A stretch of 64,000 bases of DNA from Patescibacteria group bacterium (GTDB taxonomy: Bacteria; Patescibacteriota; Minisyncoccia; Phycocordibacterales; DATDWN01): NCBI GenBank assembly GCA_040389125.1, contig JAZKAN010000001.1, positions 47,398 through 111,397 on the forward strand, given 5' to 3'. This document shows positions 63,569-64,000 of the stretch, piece by piece. Below the pieces are notes generated by a model. That model did no database searches, was not told the DNA's origin, and worked only from the letters and a program-made list of their open reading frames with translations. Numbering within the stretch: position 1 is the stretch's first letter; every line of letters begins with the position of its first letter. The position numbers were made by a program, and so were the translations under genes.

Positions 63569-64000
63569 TTATTTCTTAAATCTCTTTGCTTGCAAGTTAT
63601 ACAACTCTGAATACACCCCTTTTAATTTCATAAGTTCCTTGTGACTTCCCTCTTCGATTAGTTTTCCTTTTTCCATTACAAAAATTTGATTGCATTGCAA
63701 AATAGTTGAGAAATCATGGGAAATGAGAAGTGCGGTGGTAGAACTTGAAAGTTTTTCGAGAGAATCAAATATTTTTGCCTCGGACTCCGCATCCACTGAG
63801 GCTGTTGGCTCGTCGAGGATCATGACAAATGCGTTGCGATACATGATTTTAGCAATTGAGAGTTTCTGACGTTGACCCTTGCTTGGTTCCTTGCCACCAA
63901 ACTCAACACCGAGTTGCTGGTTGTACCCGTCTTTCCATTCATCAATAAATGTATGTGCCTGACTGAGTTCAGCTGCTTCTTTCACCTTTTCCATTGAAAT
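63569..64000 (-). CDS. ABC exporter ATPase domain (3' part; the gene continues beyond the window)
   Basis: Signature-like PSKGQRQKLSIAKIM, Walker B MILDEPTASVD, and an H-loop LISHD. The frame is open to the right edge. Confidence 0.8.
   Translation of the reverse strand: MSMEKVKEAAELSQAHTFIDEWKDGYNQQLGVEFGGKEPSKGQRQKLSIAKIMYRNAFVMILDEPTASVDAESEAKIFDSLEKLSSSTTALLISHDFSTILQCNQIFVMEKGKLIEEGSHKELMKLKGVYSELYNLQAKRFKK

Noticed and set aside
1-64000. CRISPR arrays, tRNA, rRNA, tmRNA, RNase P and SRP RNA genes.
   Set aside because: No regularly spaced direct repeats were seen, and no intergenic gap contains a tRNA-like GTTCGAATC/T-loop pattern. The 55531-55618 stem-loop was compared by eye with the SRP domain IV consensus and did not match.
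1-64000. Alternative genetic code (UGA recoding as in some CPR lineages).
   Set aside because: All recognised genes are full length under the standard code, with TGA, TAA and TAG all used as stops. There is no sign of in-frame TGA inside conserved domains.

Overview
This window reads as a low-GC, gene-dense, streamlined bacterial chromosome segment. My inference is a CPR/Patescibacteria-like organism, based on a short 114-aa L13, a 604-aa AlaRS with no C-terminal domain, a 429-aa archaeal-type AspRS, very short intergenic gaps and almost no Shine-Dalgarno (SD) sites. No 16S gene is present, so this cannot be confirmed. I found no tRNA, rRNA or CRISPR array.

Housekeeping content:
- Two MacB/FtsX-type permeases, trhO, a PlsC-like acyltransferase, trpS, aspS and scpAB.
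- A cell-wall block: a PBP5-like carboxypeptidase, asnB, mraY, ftsW, murG and an M23 peptidase, with gltX lying between murG and the M23 gene.
- A grpE/dnaK/dnaJ cluster.
- The infA-rpmJ-rpsM-rpsK-rpsD-rpoA-rplQ and rplM-rpsI operons.
- alaS, a family-4 UDG and two ABC exporters.

Accessory content:
1. About 29.9-43.6 kb is an accessory region. It holds a GC-rich islet (an IMPase-like gene divergent from a signal-anchored B12-like radical SAM gene) next to a tyrosine recombinase. It also holds a Y-family polymerase, a divergent orphan ClpP-like protein, a CYTH-like/nucleotidyltransferase/small-TM trio, and a C5-methyltransferase with a HinP1I/MspI-like endonuclease.
2. The best candidate for an undescribed system sits at the right end of that region. 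It is a ThsB-like TIR protein whose gene overlaps by ATGA that of an uncharacterised single-pass membrane protein. There is no recognisable ThsA, and the pair has its own promoter.
3. A GC-rich secreted 700-aa protein carries an Acidobacteria-type TIGR03437-like C-terminus.
4. A Doc/antitoxin pair has an antitoxin too short to appear in the ORF track.

Other observations:
- At 15 genes a -10 box ends 6-7 nt before the ATG, which implies leaderless mRNAs. SD sites occur almost only on GC-rich orphan genes.
- A roughly 100-nt element is duplicated on both sides of a 0.8-kb two-gene insertion between grpE and dnaK, and it contains a hairpin with a compensatory base-pair change.
- An 88-nt element closed by a perfect 17-bp stem overlaps a 34-codon upstream ORF.

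All family assignments rest on motifs I could read plus recollection of family signatures. No searches were run.
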